Origin: Candidatus Liptonbacteria bacterium | Lineage (GTDB): Bacteria; Patescibacteriota; Minisyncoccia; UBA6257; 2-01-FULL-56-20 | DNA length: 64,000 bases | Reading direction: 5' to 3' | Assembly (NCBI GenBank): GCA_016204385.1 | Contig: JACQKW010000015.1 | Coordinates: 29,882-93,881 of the forward strand | Shown: positions 1 to 9,105 of the stretch, piece by piece | Layout of the letters: each line of letters starts with the position of its first letter | How positions within the stretch are numbered: the first letter of the stretch is position 1 | Notes under the pieces: generated by a model | Told to the model about the DNA's origin: nothing | Database searches by the model: none | Seen by the model: the letters and a program-made list of their open reading frames with translations, nothing else | Program-made: the position numbers and the translations under genes

Positions 1-1752
1 GATTTCCCTGAACACTTCGGTGGGAATCCGCACTTTCCCCGATTCTTTGAGCCGCTCTTTTCCCCGCTTTTGCTTCTTCCACAACTTCATCTTCCTCGAA
101 CGGTCGCCTCCGTAGAGATAACCCGTCACGTCTTTCTTGAGCGCCGCAATCGTCTCGCGCGCGATGATCCTGCCTTTCGCCTGCGCCTGGATCGCCTGCG
201 CGAACTGCTGGGCGGGAAGGAGCTGCTTCAATTTCTCCACGCTCGCGCGCGCCTCGCGATCAAGGTCATCGCTCGCAACCACCCTCGTGAGCGCGGGCAC
301 CACGTCCCCGGCAATCAAAATCTCCAATTTCTCCACGTGCGCCTCGTCATATCCGTCGAGTTCGTAGCTGAACGACGCAAATCCCGCAGTGGCGGATTTG
401 AGCTGATCGTCAAAGTCTCGGAGCAATTCGGCAAGCGGCATGCGCGCGGTGAGAAGAAGCTGGGGCCCGATGTTGCGCGTATCGAGAAGAGAGAGGCCGA
501 ACGCAGTTGCAACTCCGAGCACTGCGGGCATATGGGCAGGCGGGGTAAGTATTTCAAGGCGTATCATGGGCTCGCGCACCGAGTCGTATTTCTCGGGGAA
601 ATCGCTCGCCTGCGTCACCACGTACTCGGCATTCGAGGCGCGCACGCGGTATGCAACAGACGGAAAACTCGTGAGAAACTCGACCCCGAACTCGTCGCGG
701 AGGCGGCTCGCAGTAATATCGAGATGGAGCTGGCCAAGAAAACCGACCTTGTACCCCCGCCCAAGGGCCTCATTCGCCTCGGGCTCGATCAAAAGCGCGG
801 GATCCGAGAGCCGCAGTTTTGAGAGCGCGAGCTGCAGCTCTTCAAACTCGCTTCCCCCCGAGGGATACATGGAAATGAACACCGCCGCGGCCGGCTCGCG
901 ATAGCCGGGAAGCGGATTCCCTTTCGGGTTATCGGACAGAGTGTCGCCGATCTTCACGAGGTCCGCTTCCTTCAGTCCGGTGGCAACATATCCGATCTCG
1001 CCGAAAGAGATTTCCCCCGTGCCGCGAAGCTCCGGAAAAAATTTGCCGACTTCTTTCACTCTGAATTGGGTGCCCGTGGCAATGAGCGCGGCGCGCCCGC
1101 CGCCCGCGAGCGTACCGCCATGCGCGCGGATATACGCAAGGATCCCTTTGTGCTCATCGTAGAGCGAGTCAAACACGAGCGCGCGAAACTCCGCGCCACC
1201 GCCCTGCGGCGGAGGGACTCTGTCGAGAACCGCGTCAAGCAGCGCCTCCACCCCTTCGCCCGTCTTTGCTGAAACCTGGAGCACGTCGCGTTCGGGCACG
1301 CCGAGGAGTTCCGCGACCGACGAAACCAGTTTTTCTTTTTCCGGCGTACCAAGGTCAATCTTGTTTATGGCGCCGACGATCGTGAGTCCCGAATTTTTCG
1401 CGGCGCGGAAATTCGAGAGTGTCTGCGCCTGAATGCCCTTCGTGGCGTCCACAAGAAGAATCGCGCCCTCAACCGCCGCAAGCGCGCGCGAGACCTCGTA
1501 TGAAAAATCCGAATGTCCCGGCGTGTCAATGAGGTTCATTGTGTACTCGGCTCCTCGGCTCCGATATCGCATGGTGACGGGAGCCATTTTTATGGTGATG
1601 CCGCGCTCCCGTTCAAGTTCAAGCTGATCGAGATATTGCGGCCGCATCTGCCGCGCGGGAACCGTGCCGGTCACCTCAAGAAACCTGTCCGCGAGCGTTG
1701 ATTTTCCCGCATCCACGTGCGCAATAATAACGAAATTCCGTATTGATTTCAT
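1..1752 (-). CDS. lepA: Elongation factor 4 (LepA), C-terminal end cut by the window edge
   Basis: Absent from the ORF track because it runs off the window. Translating the minus strand from ATG at 1752 gives MKSIRNFVIIAHVDAGKSTLADRFLE...IDTPGH...NKIDL and a C-terminal GYLYGGDRSRKMKLWKKQKRGKERLK block, typical of LepA. Confidence 0.9.
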   Translation of the reverse strand, partial: MKSIRNFVIIAHVDAGKSTLADRFLEVTGTVPARQMRPQYLDQLELERERGITIKMAPVTMRYRSRGAEYTMNLIDTPGHSDFSYEVSRALAAVEGAILLVDATKGIQAQTLSNFRAAKNSGLTIVGAINKIDLGTPEKEKLVSSVAELLGVPERDVLQVSAKTGEGVEALLDAVLDRVPPPQGGGAEFRALVFDSLYDEHKGILAYIRAHGGTLAGGGRAALIATGTQFRVKEVGKFFPELRGTGEISFGEIGYVATGLKEADLVKIGDTLSDNPKGNPLPGYREPAAAVFISMYPSGGSEFEELQLALSKLRLSDPALLIEPEANEALGRGYKVGFLGQLHLDITASRLRDEFGVEFLTSFPSVAYRVRASNAEYVVTQASDFPEKYDSVREPMIRLEILTPPAHMPAVLGVATAFGLSLLDTRNIGPQLLLTARMPLAELLRDFDDQLKSATAGFASFSYELDGYDEAHVEKLEILIAGDVVPALTRVVASDDLDREARASVEKLKQLLPAQQFAQAIQAQAKGRIIARETIAALKKDVTGYLYGGDRSRKMKLWKKQKRGKERLKESGKVRIPTEVFREI

Positions 1753-1767
1753 GCTCAAAAATGGTTG

Positions 1768-3840
1768 CTATTCCAACCTCGAGAACGTAAGCGGGATTCT
1801 CACGGTGCCCGCGGGGTCGCTCGAAGAATATTCGAATACCGGAAGTTTATTCTCCTTCCACACGTACCCTATGGGGGCATTGATCGCAAAATGGTACGAC
1901 GCGCTGCTTCCGCTCTGCTTTTGAAAGATGAATTCGTATGGTGCGCCGTCCTCTACCGGAGCGAAGAGACGGTGTTCGTAGTCGAGCGTGATCGTGTCGG
2001 ATTCCCCGCGCGGAACCCTCGACCACACCCCGAATGCGTGCTTTCCGTATTCTTCGGAACCTAGGATGGTGGGATAGTTTAGATATTCTCGCGCAGTCGA
2101 CTCGATCCGCGCCACATCCGGATCCGTAAGATACCCCCGCGCCTCGTAATCCACCAATGGGCGGAGTTCCTTCCGAATGCCCCCTTCTGCATGGGTAAGA
2201 GTAACCGAAGGGGGCGTATATATTTTTATGTAGTTTTGATTGGCCGCACGATACCACGAGGGGTCGCTCGATGATCCTCGATGCGACCGTGTGATTTGGA
2301 CGTGATCCGATACCGTGCCGTCGGACTCTATTTGGCTCTGGAACACTATCTTCTGCTCCATCACAAGGTCCGTTTTCCCGCCGCCGATATTTGCGTTCAC
2401 CGCCGCGAAGTAATCCCCGTTGAAGTTCGGTGCAAGCGCGGCGACGGTTCCCGTCCATCCGTGAAAGTCGAAAAACCCGTTGAGTGCGGGATCTTTGAAA
2501 TACACCATCACATCCCGTTCCTCAAGCCATCGTTCGAACGGGGTGAGCCCGATATCCTCGAGCGATCGCGACGCAAGCTTGGAACGGACCGCGTCGGCAA
2601 ACTCTTGCAGGAACGCTTTTGGGTTTTGATCTTTTCTGGAGCGGCTCTCCTCAATATGCGATTGGATCTCCCGCAAGAAATTCTCACTGGTCAGCGTGCG
2701 TTTGCTCGACGAAAGCTCGATGGGGCCCGTACTCTCAAGCACGTCGCTCACCACTCGGGGAGAAATGGCGATGACTCCGTCGAAAGTAACGCCCCGGGAC
2801 GCATACAGGCGGGACAATTCGAAAAACTCAGCGAGTTTTCGCGCGGATAGGGAGAAATCAAAAAACCAATTCGCATCGGCAAGGCGCCACCATTTTTCAA
2901 TCCCAAAAAACTGCTTCGGCGGGATGATCGCGGGGGCGAACGCACGATCGGGCTCATTAATGTCGTGGATGCTCGCGAGCGTGAGATTCCCCCCGCTGAG
3001 CGTAAGGTCGGCATAACTCCCCACAAACCCGCCGCCGGGCCGCATTTCAGACGTGTTATGAAACAGCACCGCGATATGGCGCTCCCCGGGGGCGCTTAAA
3101 AAACCGATGAGCGCATCCAAAAAATCCCGCGAGCGATTCACATTGAGCTGAAGAGGCAGGAATGCGGATGTATCAACCGGTACCGCCGATTTGAGCTTCA
3201 GCGAAGCGGCGGCGAGGCCGTCCCCGGTCTCCGCAATATTCGCGAGCGTGCGGCGCGCTTCTTTGAGGTCTTCGATGAATTGCGCGCCGTTCCCGTGTAG
3301 CATGTACGGAAGCCATCTGATCCTCAAATTGACAAGCTGTTCAAGAAGCGAAAGCGAGGAGCCGGTAATGGTCTTCAGATGCCCCAATGCGGAAGACAGA
3401 TTTTTGAACACAGGGAGTATGTCAAGCAACCCCGCGGGTCCTGGAGCGGGATTGTTTCGCGAAGCGAAATATTCCTCAATGTTCTGATTCGCTTCCAAAA
3501 AGTCCTTGTGGGCGCCCGCGGGATCGAGTTCGTCGAGCTTTTCGACCGCGGACTGAAACTGCGAAATGCCTTTTGCCGCGGAATCGAGCAGCCGTCCCCC
3601 TTCCCGATACGCGGAGAAGAACACCGCGCCCGCCACGGCGGCGACCAAAATAAAAAACACGAGGAATGCGTGCGCGGGGCGCTTGGATCCCGCTCCCGCT
3701 CTCTCCGCTCGGGGCGCTTCGCCGCCCTGCGCCGCAAATCTCGCGATCTTATCCACGCGGATTTCGTGCCCTTCACCGCCCTCCACCCGCACCACATCTA
3801 CCACGGTATCGGGAACGCGTTTCTCGTATCCGTCAGTCAT
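1768..3840 (-). CDS. DUF4012-family membrane-anchored protein
   Basis: 690-aa ORF with an N-terminal TM helix (AFLVFFILVAAVAGAVFF). The FHNTSEMRPGGGFVGSYADLTL block is as I recall for DUF4012. Confidence 0.7.
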   Translation of the reverse strand: MTDGYEKRVPDTVVDVVRVEGGEGHEIRVDKIARFAAQGGEAPRAERAGAGSKRPAHAFLVFFILVAAVAGAVFFSAYREGGRLLDSAAKGISQFQSAVEKLDELDPAGAHKDFLEANQNIEEYFASRNNPAPGPAGLLDILPVFKNLSSALGHLKTITGSSLSLLEQLVNLRIRWLPYMLHGNGAQFIEDLKEARRTLANIAETGDGLAAASLKLKSAVPVDTSAFLPLQLNVNRSRDFLDALIGFLSAPGERHIAVLFHNTSEMRPGGGFVGSYADLTLSGGNLTLASIHDINEPDRAFAPAIIPPKQFFGIEKWWRLADANWFFDFSLSARKLAEFFELSRLYASRGVTFDGVIAISPRVVSDVLESTGPIELSSSKRTLTSENFLREIQSHIEESRSRKDQNPKAFLQEFADAVRSKLASRSLEDIGLTPFERWLEERDVMVYFKDPALNGFFDFHGWTGTVAALAPNFNGDYFAAVNANIGGGKTDLVMEQKIVFQSQIESDGTVSDHVQITRSHRGSSSDPSWYRAANQNYIKIYTPPSVTLTHAEGGIRKELRPLVDYEARGYLTDPDVARIESTAREYLNYPTILGSEEYGKHAFGVWSRVPRGESDTITLDYEHRLFAPVEDGAPYEFIFQKQSGSSASYHFAINAPIGYVWKENKLPVFEYSSSDPAGTVRIPLTFSRLE

Positions 3841-3892
3841 CGCGCTACCATTCTACAATTTCAAAGAGCGCTCGAAAAGCCGGCAGGGCACG

Positions 3893-4735
3893 CTATTTGA
3901 AGAACACGCGGCGCGGAACGCGAAAGTCTATGTATTCGAAATTTCGCTTCGGATGCTCGGCGAGGATACGCGAGAGTGTCTCGCGCGCGTCGGTCGGCAG
4001 AAACCGAAGACTGAAGAAAAGCGCCGGCCCGTCGTGCGTGCGGATCTCCACCTCCTCGCGACTCAAATCCGCGATCTTGATCTCCCGAATGCCGAAGTCT
4101 GAAGCGGCGGCGACTTCAAGAATTGCGAGCAGGTTCGGCACGAACGCGTCCGGAAGTATTTTTTTTCCCAGCACGCGATCGGTCTGCGAATAATCGTTCA
4201 CCACGGGGATGAGGTTGCCCTCGGCGGCGAACGTACTTTCGAACTTTACCCCTTCGCGATCGAACCATGCGCACGCAGTCGGCGCATATGCCTCGCCGGT
4301 TCGCAGCTCGCGCGGATCACGCTCGGACTGTATGCACCATATGCCGACGGGAATCCGCGTGTCTGCAGAAAGCACTACCGTGCGCCTTCGAAAATCCTTT
4401 TCCACGCGGACGGTTTTAAAGATCGGCGATGCGGTAAGCGCCTCCGGCGATACCCTGCGAGGCCACCCAAGCATATGACCAAACCCGAATACCCTTGCCC
4501 GAAAACTTTGTCCGAATTGAGTTTTTACGAACTCGATCAGGCGTTCGCCCTCGAGCCGCCCCGAAATCAATACGTGAACGTTTTGGACGTCAAAAAGAGA
4601 TAATCGGAAAAGAACCCCGTAGAAGGCGAGGGTGAGGGCGGAGAGAAACAAAAAGGCGGAAACTATCCGAACGAGTTTCCTCCTCCTCATCCGCCGCGCT
4701 CGAATTTCGGCAAAGTCCGTGCCGCTTCGCGCCAT
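3893..4735 (-). CDS. FtsQ-like cell division protein (POTRA-type), tentative
   Basis: 280-aa ORF with a basic N-terminus, one TM helix and an extracytoplasmic domain. Size and layout are FtsQ-like; there is no strong motif. Confidence 0.45.
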   Translation of the reverse strand: MARSGTDFAEIRARRMRRRKLVRIVSAFLFLSALTLAFYGVLFRLSLFDVQNVHVLISGRLEGERLIEFVKTQFGQSFRARVFGFGHMLGWPRRVSPEALTASPIFKTVRVEKDFRRRTVVLSADTRIPVGIWCIQSERDPRELRTGEAYAPTACAWFDREGVKFESTFAAEGNLIPVVNDYSQTDRVLGKKILPDAFVPNLLAILEVAAASDFGIREIKIADLSREEVEIRTHDGPALFFSLRFLPTDARETLSRILAEHPKRNFEYIDFRVPRRVFFK

Positions 4736-5872
4736 CTATGTGAGCACCCGTTCCATGAGGGGGTTGAGCCGGGTTAAAAATTCGTAATGGATGGTTCCTG
4801 AAGCCCTTGCCGCGTCGTCCACCGCACGTTCTGACCTTGCGTCCTTGCCGATGATGGTTGCCGTGTCGCCTACGCGGCAACGAATCCCCGTTGCGTCAAC
4901 GGTCACTAAATCCATTGAAACCCTCCCGAGTACCCTGGCAGAACGGCCATTGATGAGCACGATCCCTGTACTTGAGAGCGACCGCGGGAAACCGTGCCAA
5001 TATCCTATTGGCAATACGGCTATTTTGGTCGGACGCGAAAGGCGCTCGGCCAAATCATAGCCGACGTAATCTCCCGGCGCGAGGAACTTAATTTCGCTTA
5101 TCATGGTCCGCCAGCTCAAGACCGGACGCAGTTTTATCATGGGCAGCTGGATTTCAAGCTCTTTCGAAGGGTAGAGGCCGTAGAGGCCGATACCCACGCG
5201 CACCGCATCCAGATGATACTTTTTGCCGAGTAGGGTGGCGCCGGTCGCCGCGCAATGTTGTATAAGAGGCCGCGCAGGCGTGTCAAATCCCTTGTTCCGA
5301 AGAAGTCCGCAGAGATCCGAAAATAGCGCGTACTGCTTCTCGGTGAATGTCGGGTAATTCACGTCTTTTGCGGAGGCGAAATGGGTATAGACGCCGCGGA
5401 ACGATTCTCCGAGCTTCTTTAAATGGCGGAAAATTTTCGGCACGTCGTGCGGGGAGAATCCTTGGCGATGCATCCCGGTATCTATCTTGAGATGGAAATC
5501 GGGCGCTCGGGCACATCGCATGAGCGCGCGGAGGGCGTCGTGATTCGAAATGCTCACGGTAAGACCCTCAGACGCCGATCGATCGTAGAGATCGGGCAGC
5601 GTGGGTCCTAAAATTAAAATGGGCTTCCGGATGCCGAACTCTCTCACACGAATACCCTCAACTGCGCTATCAACGCAGAATCCGTCCACGCGGTTCTCGA
5701 CAAGACCAGAAAAAAGCGTGAGTCCGTGGCCGTACGCGTTCGATTTCACCACCGCCAAAAGTTTCACGTCCGGACCAATGATACTCCGGAATGTTTCGCA
5801 GTTCTTTTGTATCGCGCTCCGATCGATCTCAACCCACGTCCGCAAGCTACGAGATAACTTTCGCGCCGACAT
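4736..5872 (-). CDS. alr: Alanine racemase
   Basis: VVKSNAYGHG PLP-binding motif with an Alr-like layout. The ORF track extends to 5929; the ATG at 5872 (MSARKLSRSLRTWVEIDRSAI) is the more likely start. Confidence 0.85.
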   Translation of the reverse strand: MSARKLSRSLRTWVEIDRSAIQKNCETFRSIIGPDVKLLAVVKSNAYGHGLTLFSGLVENRVDGFCVDSAVEGIRVREFGIRKPILILGPTLPDLYDRSASEGLTVSISNHDALRALMRCARAPDFHLKIDTGMHRQGFSPHDVPKIFRHLKKLGESFRGVYTHFASAKDVNYPTFTEKQYALFSDLCGLLRNKGFDTPARPLIQHCAATGATLLGKKYHLDAVRVGIGLYGLYPSKELEIQLPMIKLRPVLSWRTMISEIKFLAPGDYVGYDLAERLSRPTKIAVLPIGYWHGFPRSLSSTGIVLINGRSARVLGRVSMDLVTVDATGIRCRVGDTATIIGKDARSERAVDDAARASGTIHYEFLTRLNPLMERVLT

Positions 5873-7160
5873 ATTTTTGGAGCACTTTGGGAATTTTAAT
5901 TTTGCCTTCCTTCGTCTGGAAATTCTCAAAAATTGTGATCAGCGTCCGGCCGACGGCAAAGGCGGTGCCATTCAGCATATGCACAAATTCAATGTCCTTG
6001 CCGGTGCGATACTTTACGCTCAGCCGCCGCGCTTGGTAGTCGGTCGTGTTAGAAGCTGAATGCGTCTCGCGGTATTCGCCCTTGCCGTCCCGCTGGCCCG
6101 GCATCCACGTCTCAATATCGAACTTGGCGGCCGCCGGATCGCCGAGGTCTGCCGTGCACATCTCGATAACTCGGTACGGAAGCTCAAGTTTTTGCATAAG
6201 GTGCTCTTGAACCCCTAAGAGCAACCGGTGCTCGTGAACCGAGGTTTCCGGTTTAACAAAACTGAACATCTCGAACTTATCAAACTGATGCACGCGCAGA
6301 ATCCCTTTGGTGTCCTTGCCGTAACTCCCGGCTTCTCTCCGGAAACACGTGGAGAACCCCACATACCGCCGCGGCAAGTCCTTTTCCTCGAAAACCTCAT
6401 TCTGGTGCATCGGCCCCAATGCCTGCTCTGAGGTGCCGGCTAAATAGAGATCGTCTTTTTCTATTTTGTAGACTTCTTCCCCGCCGCGTTCAAGATACCC
6501 CATACCAGACATAGATTTTTCGTTCAAGAGCACCGGAGGAATCACCGGAATAAAAGGCGTGTCGGAAACTGTGAGGCCGTTTTTTTTGATAATGTGCGTT
6601 AAGATTTTCTGATCGGCGAGCGTCTCTAAAACCAGTTGTCCCAGCGCAAACTCAAGCCGCGCCGCCGCTCCAAGAAGATACCCGAACCGGCTGCCCGCGA
6701 CTTTCGCCGCCCGTTCAACGTCAATTAATCCAAGGCTCTCGGCGAGCGTCAGATAATCTTTAGGCGGGAAAGAAAATTTTGATTTCTCTCCGACTTCGCA
6801 GAGCACCTTATTATCCTTCTCGCTTTTCCCGATGGGTGCGTCCGGGAGCGGGAGATTCGGGATTTTTCGCCACACAGCCATCCGCCGCCCCTCGATCACC
6901 TCGAGTTTCACCTCCTCGGATTTGATGTCTTCCTTATTTTTCTTTGCCGCCTCGATATTCCGCGCCTCGGCTTGCCCCGAGTGTACCGAGTGGGAAAATT
7001 TCTTCTGCCCCGCCCGCAAATCATCGAGTTTTTTCGTAATCTCGCGCCACTCGCGGTCGAGCTTCAAAAATTCGTCCACGAGCTCCGGTTGAACGCCCTT
7101 CTTTTCTATGCCGCGTTTGATGCGGTCCGGCTCCTCGCGGAGGAGTTTTATATCAATCAT
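5847..7160 (-). CDS. serS: Seryl-tRNA synthetase
   Basis: 437 aa. MIDIKLLREEPDRIKRGIEKKG N-terminal coiled-coil arm and class II core (FRREAGSYGKDTKGILRVHQF). Its ATG overlaps the RT stop codon (ATGA at 7157-7160). Confidence 0.92.
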   Translation of the reverse strand: MIDIKLLREEPDRIKRGIEKKGVQPELVDEFLKLDREWREITKKLDDLRAGQKKFSHSVHSGQAEARNIEAAKKNKEDIKSEEVKLEVIEGRRMAVWRKIPNLPLPDAPIGKSEKDNKVLCEVGEKSKFSFPPKDYLTLAESLGLIDVERAAKVAGSRFGYLLGAAARLEFALGQLVLETLADQKILTHIIKKNGLTVSDTPFIPVIPPVLLNEKSMSGMGYLERGGEEVYKIEKDDLYLAGTSEQALGPMHQNEVFEEKDLPRRYVGFSTCFRREAGSYGKDTKGILRVHQFDKFEMFSFVKPETSVHEHRLLLGVQEHLMQKLELPYRVIEMCTADLGDPAAAKFDIETWMPGQRDGKGEYRETHSASNTTDYQARRLSVKYRTGKDIEFVHMLNGTAFAVGRTLITIFENFQTKEGKIKIPKVLQKYVGAKVIS

Positions 7161-7161
7161 T
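7126..7161. repeat. Direct repeat copy 1 (serS 5' end), left boundary of the DGR cassette
   Basis: tccggctcctcgcggaggagttttatatcaatcatt. It is 35/36 identical to 9930-9965, at an offset of 2804 bp. Confidence 0.9.
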
Positions 7162-8257
7162 GACTCCTATCATACCTTAATTTTTCTTCATCGTGAAGCA
7201 TTGCGGAAACGTCCGTGTGAAGTTTTCGGGTGTTGCCGTGTGCTAATAGTCCGAAATAAGAATTGAATGTTTCGGGCGTGTGGCTTGCCATAATTTTCTT
7301 CATCATTCTTCGCCTCGTGCTCGTACGCAACACCCGATGGTCGGGAAAATGTACCCATCCCAAAAAATCAACGCCCGACGCAAGCGTTTTAATAAAAACC
7401 TTATCGGGGTGGAGGGTAAGTTGTAACTTTTCGCGCAGGAATTCTCGGATCAGCAACGTGTTTTGCTCGAGCCAGACGCGGTCTTTGGAAAGAAATATAA
7501 AGTCGTCGGCATACCGGAGGTAATACCGCGCCTTAAGCCCGTGTTTTACAAATTGATCAAATTCATTCATATAGACATTCACGAGAAGCTGTGAGGTGAG
7601 ATTGCCAAGTGGAAGGCCTGCCCACCCGAAGCTGTGCGAAGGCGGGCCGGCGCCTGGCCGCATGGACGAAAAACTGCTAATAATCTCTTGGAGAAGTTCT
7701 ATAATTTCTCCGTCGCGAATATAACTCCGCAAAATTCTCATAAGAATCGTGTGGTTAATATTTGCGAAGAATTTTCTGATGTCGCATTTCAAAACCCAGC
7801 AGGTTCTCGTATTGTTTTTGCTCACTTTGTAGGCAAATATGCGGAAGCGGTTTAATGCTCTATGCGTCCCCTTCTCCTTTCTGCATGAGAAAGAATCGGC
7901 AATAAAAGCCTTGTCAAAAAATGGATAGAGTACTCGATAGATGGCGTGGTGCACGAGGCGGTCGCGGACGCTCGCCTTGTGGATGTTCCGCGGTTTGGGA
8001 TCGGAGATATTGAACGCTTGATAGCCGCCGTGGCGATAGGTATGATAGACAAGATCATCGTGGAGCAGAAAGAGGTTATCGATAAGATGCAATGAAAATT
8101 CTTGAACATCGCGCTTGCCGCGTTTTCCTTTCACAAACTCCCTCCAAGCCTCCAAAAAATTCTCTACGCTCGCAATATCCGCAAAGTTTTTAGCAAATTG
8201 GATTTTCATATTTCTTTTCCCATGAACGCCCCCCCCCCGCTTCAATTTACCCATCAT
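7157..8257 (-). CDS. DGR-type reverse transcriptase
   Basis: 366-aa ORF. RT motifs include LPLGNLTSQLLVNVYMNEFD (the DGR-specific [LIV]GxxxSQ) and YADD (RYADDFIFL), next to a TR/VR pair. The likely true start is ATG at 8209 (MKIQFAKNF...). Confidence 0.9.
   Translation of the reverse strand: MMGKLKRGGGVHGKRNMKIQFAKNFADIASVENFLEAWREFVKGKRGKRDVQEFSLHLIDNLFLLHDDLVYHTYRHGGYQAFNISDPKPRNIHKASVRDRLVHHAIYRVLYPFFDKAFIADSFSCRKEKGTHRALNRFRIFAYKVSKNNTRTCWVLKCDIRKFFANINHTILMRILRSYIRDGEIIELLQEIISSFSSMRPGAGPPSHSFGWAGLPLGNLTSQLLVNVYMNEFDQFVKHGLKARYYLRYADDFIFLSKDRVWLEQNTLLIREFLREKLQLTLHPDKVFIKTLASGVDFLGWVHFPDHRVLRTSTRRRMMKKIMASHTPETFNSYFGLLAHGNTRKLHTDVSAMLHDEEKLRYDRSQ
8229..8238. repeat. C10/G10 homopolymer tract between the RT and avd starts
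   Basis: Ten consecutive C on the plus strand, between the probable RT start (8209) and the avd start (8268). Confidence 0.9.
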
Positions 8258-8267
8258 TCAGCATCTT

Positions 8268-8603
8268 GTGGCAACTTACAAAGTCTGGCATGAATTTTTG
8301 CCGCACATTCCCAAAGACGCACGGTACACGCTGGGGACAAAAATAGATGGGCTGTTCGTAGAAACGGTAGAGTTGATTTTCACGGCGACGTATCTTGGTA
8401 AAAGCCAGAAATTTCCTTACGTGCAAAACGCGGCAACAAAACTTGATCTTGTAAAATTCTTCCTTCAAATTCTCTGGGAAATCAACGCACTTGATAATAA
8501 AAAGTATATCCGCATTTCTGAAAAACTAAACGAGATCGGCAGGATGCTCGGCGGCTGGAACAGGCAGTTAAACAGGGAAAACCCCGCAAGGAGCGGGGAA
8601 TAA
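8268..8603 (+). CDS. avd: Avd-like four-helix-bundle protein (DGR accessory variability determinant)
   Basis: 111 aa with a GTG start. YKVWHEFLPHIPKDARYTLGTKIDGLF...KLDLVKFFLQILWEINALDNKKYIRISEKLNEIGRMLGGW resembles the four-helix-bundle/S23-IVS family to which Avd belongs. It sits between RT and TR but on the opposite strand. Confidence 0.7.
   Translation: MATYKVWHEFLPHIPKDARYTLGTKIDGLFVETVELIFTATYLGKSQKFPYVQNAATKLDLVKFFLQILWEINALDNKKYIRISEKLNEIGRMLGGWNRQLNRENPARSGE
8582..8598 (-). terminator. GC hairpin plus U-tract 11 nt 3' of the TR (possible TR-RNA 3' end or structural element)
   Basis: ccccgc-aagga-gcgggg. On the minus strand it is followed by TTTTCCCTGTT. It lies inside the last avd codons on the other strand. 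Confidence 0.4.
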
Positions 8604-8609
8604 AGAGAT

Positions 8610-8744
8610 TTGCGGACGGCGGCAAAGCGGTAGTTCGAGTTCCACTCGTTGTCGAACCAGTTCAGGTTCAGGTTACGCTTCGAACCGTTCCTGTCGAGGT
8701 ACGCCACAGTGCGGTTGCCGTTCGGATTCCGCCACACGGAACCA
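8610..8744 (-). repeat. DGR template repeat (TR)
   Basis: 135 nt, 124/135 identical to 9110-9244. All 11 differences are T on the plus strand of the TR, which is A on the minus (coding) strand. It encodes an Asn(AAC)-rich sequence. Confidence 0.92.
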
Positions 8745-9000
8745 TCGTACAAAATATCGCCTGCGCCACTGCCCTTCGAATACTCTTGGGGTTGTATCGT
8801 ATTCGGGATCTCGAAAAATCCTAATCCCTTAATATTTTGCACCAAGTATCTTTATTTTTGAGGAAAGAGAGAATATCTCTAGCCATAAGCGTACCCATAG
8901 CTATTCCCTATTCAGTGTTTCCGGAATTCGACTGTTGTGAACCGTGGCCCACAGCTTGTGTTGAGTCTACTATCCAAATTCAAATTATCACATGGTGCAG

Positions 9001-9043
9001 AAATGAAAAGCCCGTGCAGAAGACCGAAGTCCTGTGCACGGGC
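9001..9043 (-). terminator. Rho-independent terminator downstream of the DGR target gene
   Basis: Minus strand GCCCGTGCA...TGCACGGGC, followed by TTTTCATTT. Confidence 0.6.
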
Positions 9044-9082
9044 CAAGTTCCCAAGGGACAAAGAATCTCAAAGCGTTGAGGA

Positions 9083-9103
9083 TTCAGAGTCCTAAGGTCT
9101 GAA
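9083..9103 (-). promoter_or_regulatory. Short hairpin immediately 3' of VR and the stop codon
   Basis: ttcaga-gtcctaagg-tctgaa (6-bp stem) starting 3 nt after the stop. DGR targets are known to use a hairpin downstream of VR, but this one is weak. Confidence 0.3.
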
Positions 9104-9105
9104 AG

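Noticed and set aside
8465-8845. 126-aa minus-strand ORF containing the TR (…DGSVWRNPNGNRTVAYLDRNGSKRNLNLNWFDNEWNSNYRFAAVRK…), which could be read as a second target gene
   Set aside because: Its similarity to the real target starts exactly at the TR/VR boundary. It has no SD. It continues antisense through avd. It is the template repeat itself, not a protein gene.
8837-9079. 80-aa plus-strand ORF in the VR-TR spacer
   Set aside because: It has no SD or promoter, it spans the minus-strand terminator, and its composition is unremarkable. It is probably non-coding spacer carrying the TR promoter region.
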